Of a DNA stretch of 64,000 nt, positions 63,368 through 64,000 are shown piece by piece. Source of the DNA: an uncultured Actinomycetota bacterium (lineage in GTDB: Bacteria > Actinomycetota > Acidimicrobiia > Acidimicrobiales > Palsa-688); the NCBI GenBank assembly GCA_963791545.1, contig CAWBSR010000004.1:41707-105706 (forward strand), read 5' to 3'. Positions within the stretch are counted from its first letter, which is position 1. Every line of letters starts with the position of its first letter. The translations under genes were made by a program, and so were the position numbers. The notes beneath the pieces were generated by a model that was not told the origin of the DNA, made no database searches, and was given only the letters and a program-made list of their open reading frames with translations.

Positions 63368-63916
63368 TCATCTGTGTGGTCGGGTGGTCGTCGTTCGGAA
63401 CGTCGGCCTGGTGAGGGTTGGTAACGTTATTGTCGTTCGCCCTGGCGTGGTCGTTGTAATGCCCTTAGGAGCGGTTACGGGCGGTCTCGTTGGCGGGGCC
63501 GTCGGCGGTGTGGTAGTCGGGGGCTGGGTCGTGCCAGTGGTCGTAACTTTCGGTGGGATACGAGCCGGCGGGGTGATCGGACCCGTGTCCGTGCCCGGTA
63601 CCCCGGGTACTGGCGCACCCGCCGCAGGTGGCAATGGTGTACCCCCCGCAACTGGACCCGCCGCAACTGGCCCGAGCGGCGGCTGAGCGATCACAGGGAA
63701 GGCGGAGTTCGTCGAGCCAGCTGGAATGGTATTGGTTCCGGCGGCCGACGTCGTGTCCGAGGCGATCGTGTCGGTTGGAAGGGTTGGCACCTGTCCGAGG
63801 CTCGTTGTGGACGAGTCGATGGGCCCGACCGCAACCGGATTTCGGGGTTTACGACCCCCCTCGGTGCTGCCGGCCCAGATGACAGCGGTGCCCACTACCA
63901 GACAGACGGCAGCCAC
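63368..63916 (-). CDS. Membrane-anchored Pro/Thr-rich protein, hypothetical; the frame stays open to the window end, so the true start may lie beyond nt 64000
   Basis: VAAVCLVVGTAVIWAGS (TM) is followed by Pro/Thr/Gly-rich sequence. The upstream in-frame codons (RRPTLNFRAAAAG) contain no stop up to nt 64000. Confidence 0.4.
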   Translation of the reverse strand: MAAVCLVVGTAVIWAGSTEGGRKPRNPVAVGPIDSSTTSLGQVPTLPTDTIASDTTSAAGTNTIPAGSTNSAFPVIAQPPLGPVAAGPVAGGTPLPPAAGAPVPGVPGTDTGPITPPARIPPKVTTTGTTQPPTTTPPTAPPTRPPVTAPKGITTTTPGRTTITLPTLTRPTFRTTTTRPHR

Positions 63917-64000
63917 GCCGGCGGCGGCTCGGAAGTTGAGGGTCGGCCGGCGGGTGATCGGCCGAATTGGGGGGAGGCGGGACCAGAGAGGGACGATCCG

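Overview
The window is visibly very GC-rich (G+C not computed). It looks like chromosomal DNA of an actinobacterium. The main evidence is the conserved cell-division/cell-wall block tRNA-Leu / fhaA-fhaB-pstP-rodA-pbpA-pknB / trpG / crgA at 13.1-21.6 kb. Only one kinase is present, so there is no pknA.

Gene content by region:
- 0-13 kb: a LivG/LivF-like ABC ATPase pair, a sulfotransferase, a low-complexity operon, lipoproteins, cell-wall enzymes (M15 peptidase, L,D-transpeptidase), a transglutaminase-like protein, an M20 peptidase, an orphan Tat-signal solute-binding protein, and pyrE.
- 21.6-36 kb: a thiolase, a 1-Cys peroxiredoxin, MscS, a VIT1-like transporter, an MFS transporter, an MBOAT+SGNH O-acyltransferase pair, a 983-aa secreted multidomain protein, and NfeD+flotillin.
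- 36-64 kb: two tandem CusA/CzcA-type RND permeases with a minimal adaptor, ending at tRNA-Ala. Then an OmpR/HK two-component system, a class B PBP, an orphan SPPY DNA methyltransferase, adenosine deaminase, a GlnRS-YqeY fusion, a compact reductase / small Cys protein / heme-oxygenase-like (PqqC/TenA-like) operon, an MFS transporter, and a slightly lower-GC accessory tail (PPOX-like, ArsR-SRPBCC-DHFR-like).

Most notable observations:
1. A mini-gene in the heme-oxygenase-like operon carries three in-frame TGA codons within five codons. Two of them fall on the predicted metal-ligand (Cys) positions of a TRASH-like zinc ribbon.
2. That four-gene operon is translationally coupled and I cannot assign it to a named pathway.
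3. Several ORFs are disrupted or lack a stop codon: livF, RND2, a secreted protein, possibly the 2.1-4.1 kb gene, pknB/trpG, and the sulfotransferase. Sequencing indels must be excluded before any of these is interpreted biologically.
4. tRNA-associated scars and a pirin remnant bracket the RND segment.

I saw no CRISPR array, integrase, transposase or phage gene. All family assignments come from reading the translated ORFs by eye. No database search was run.
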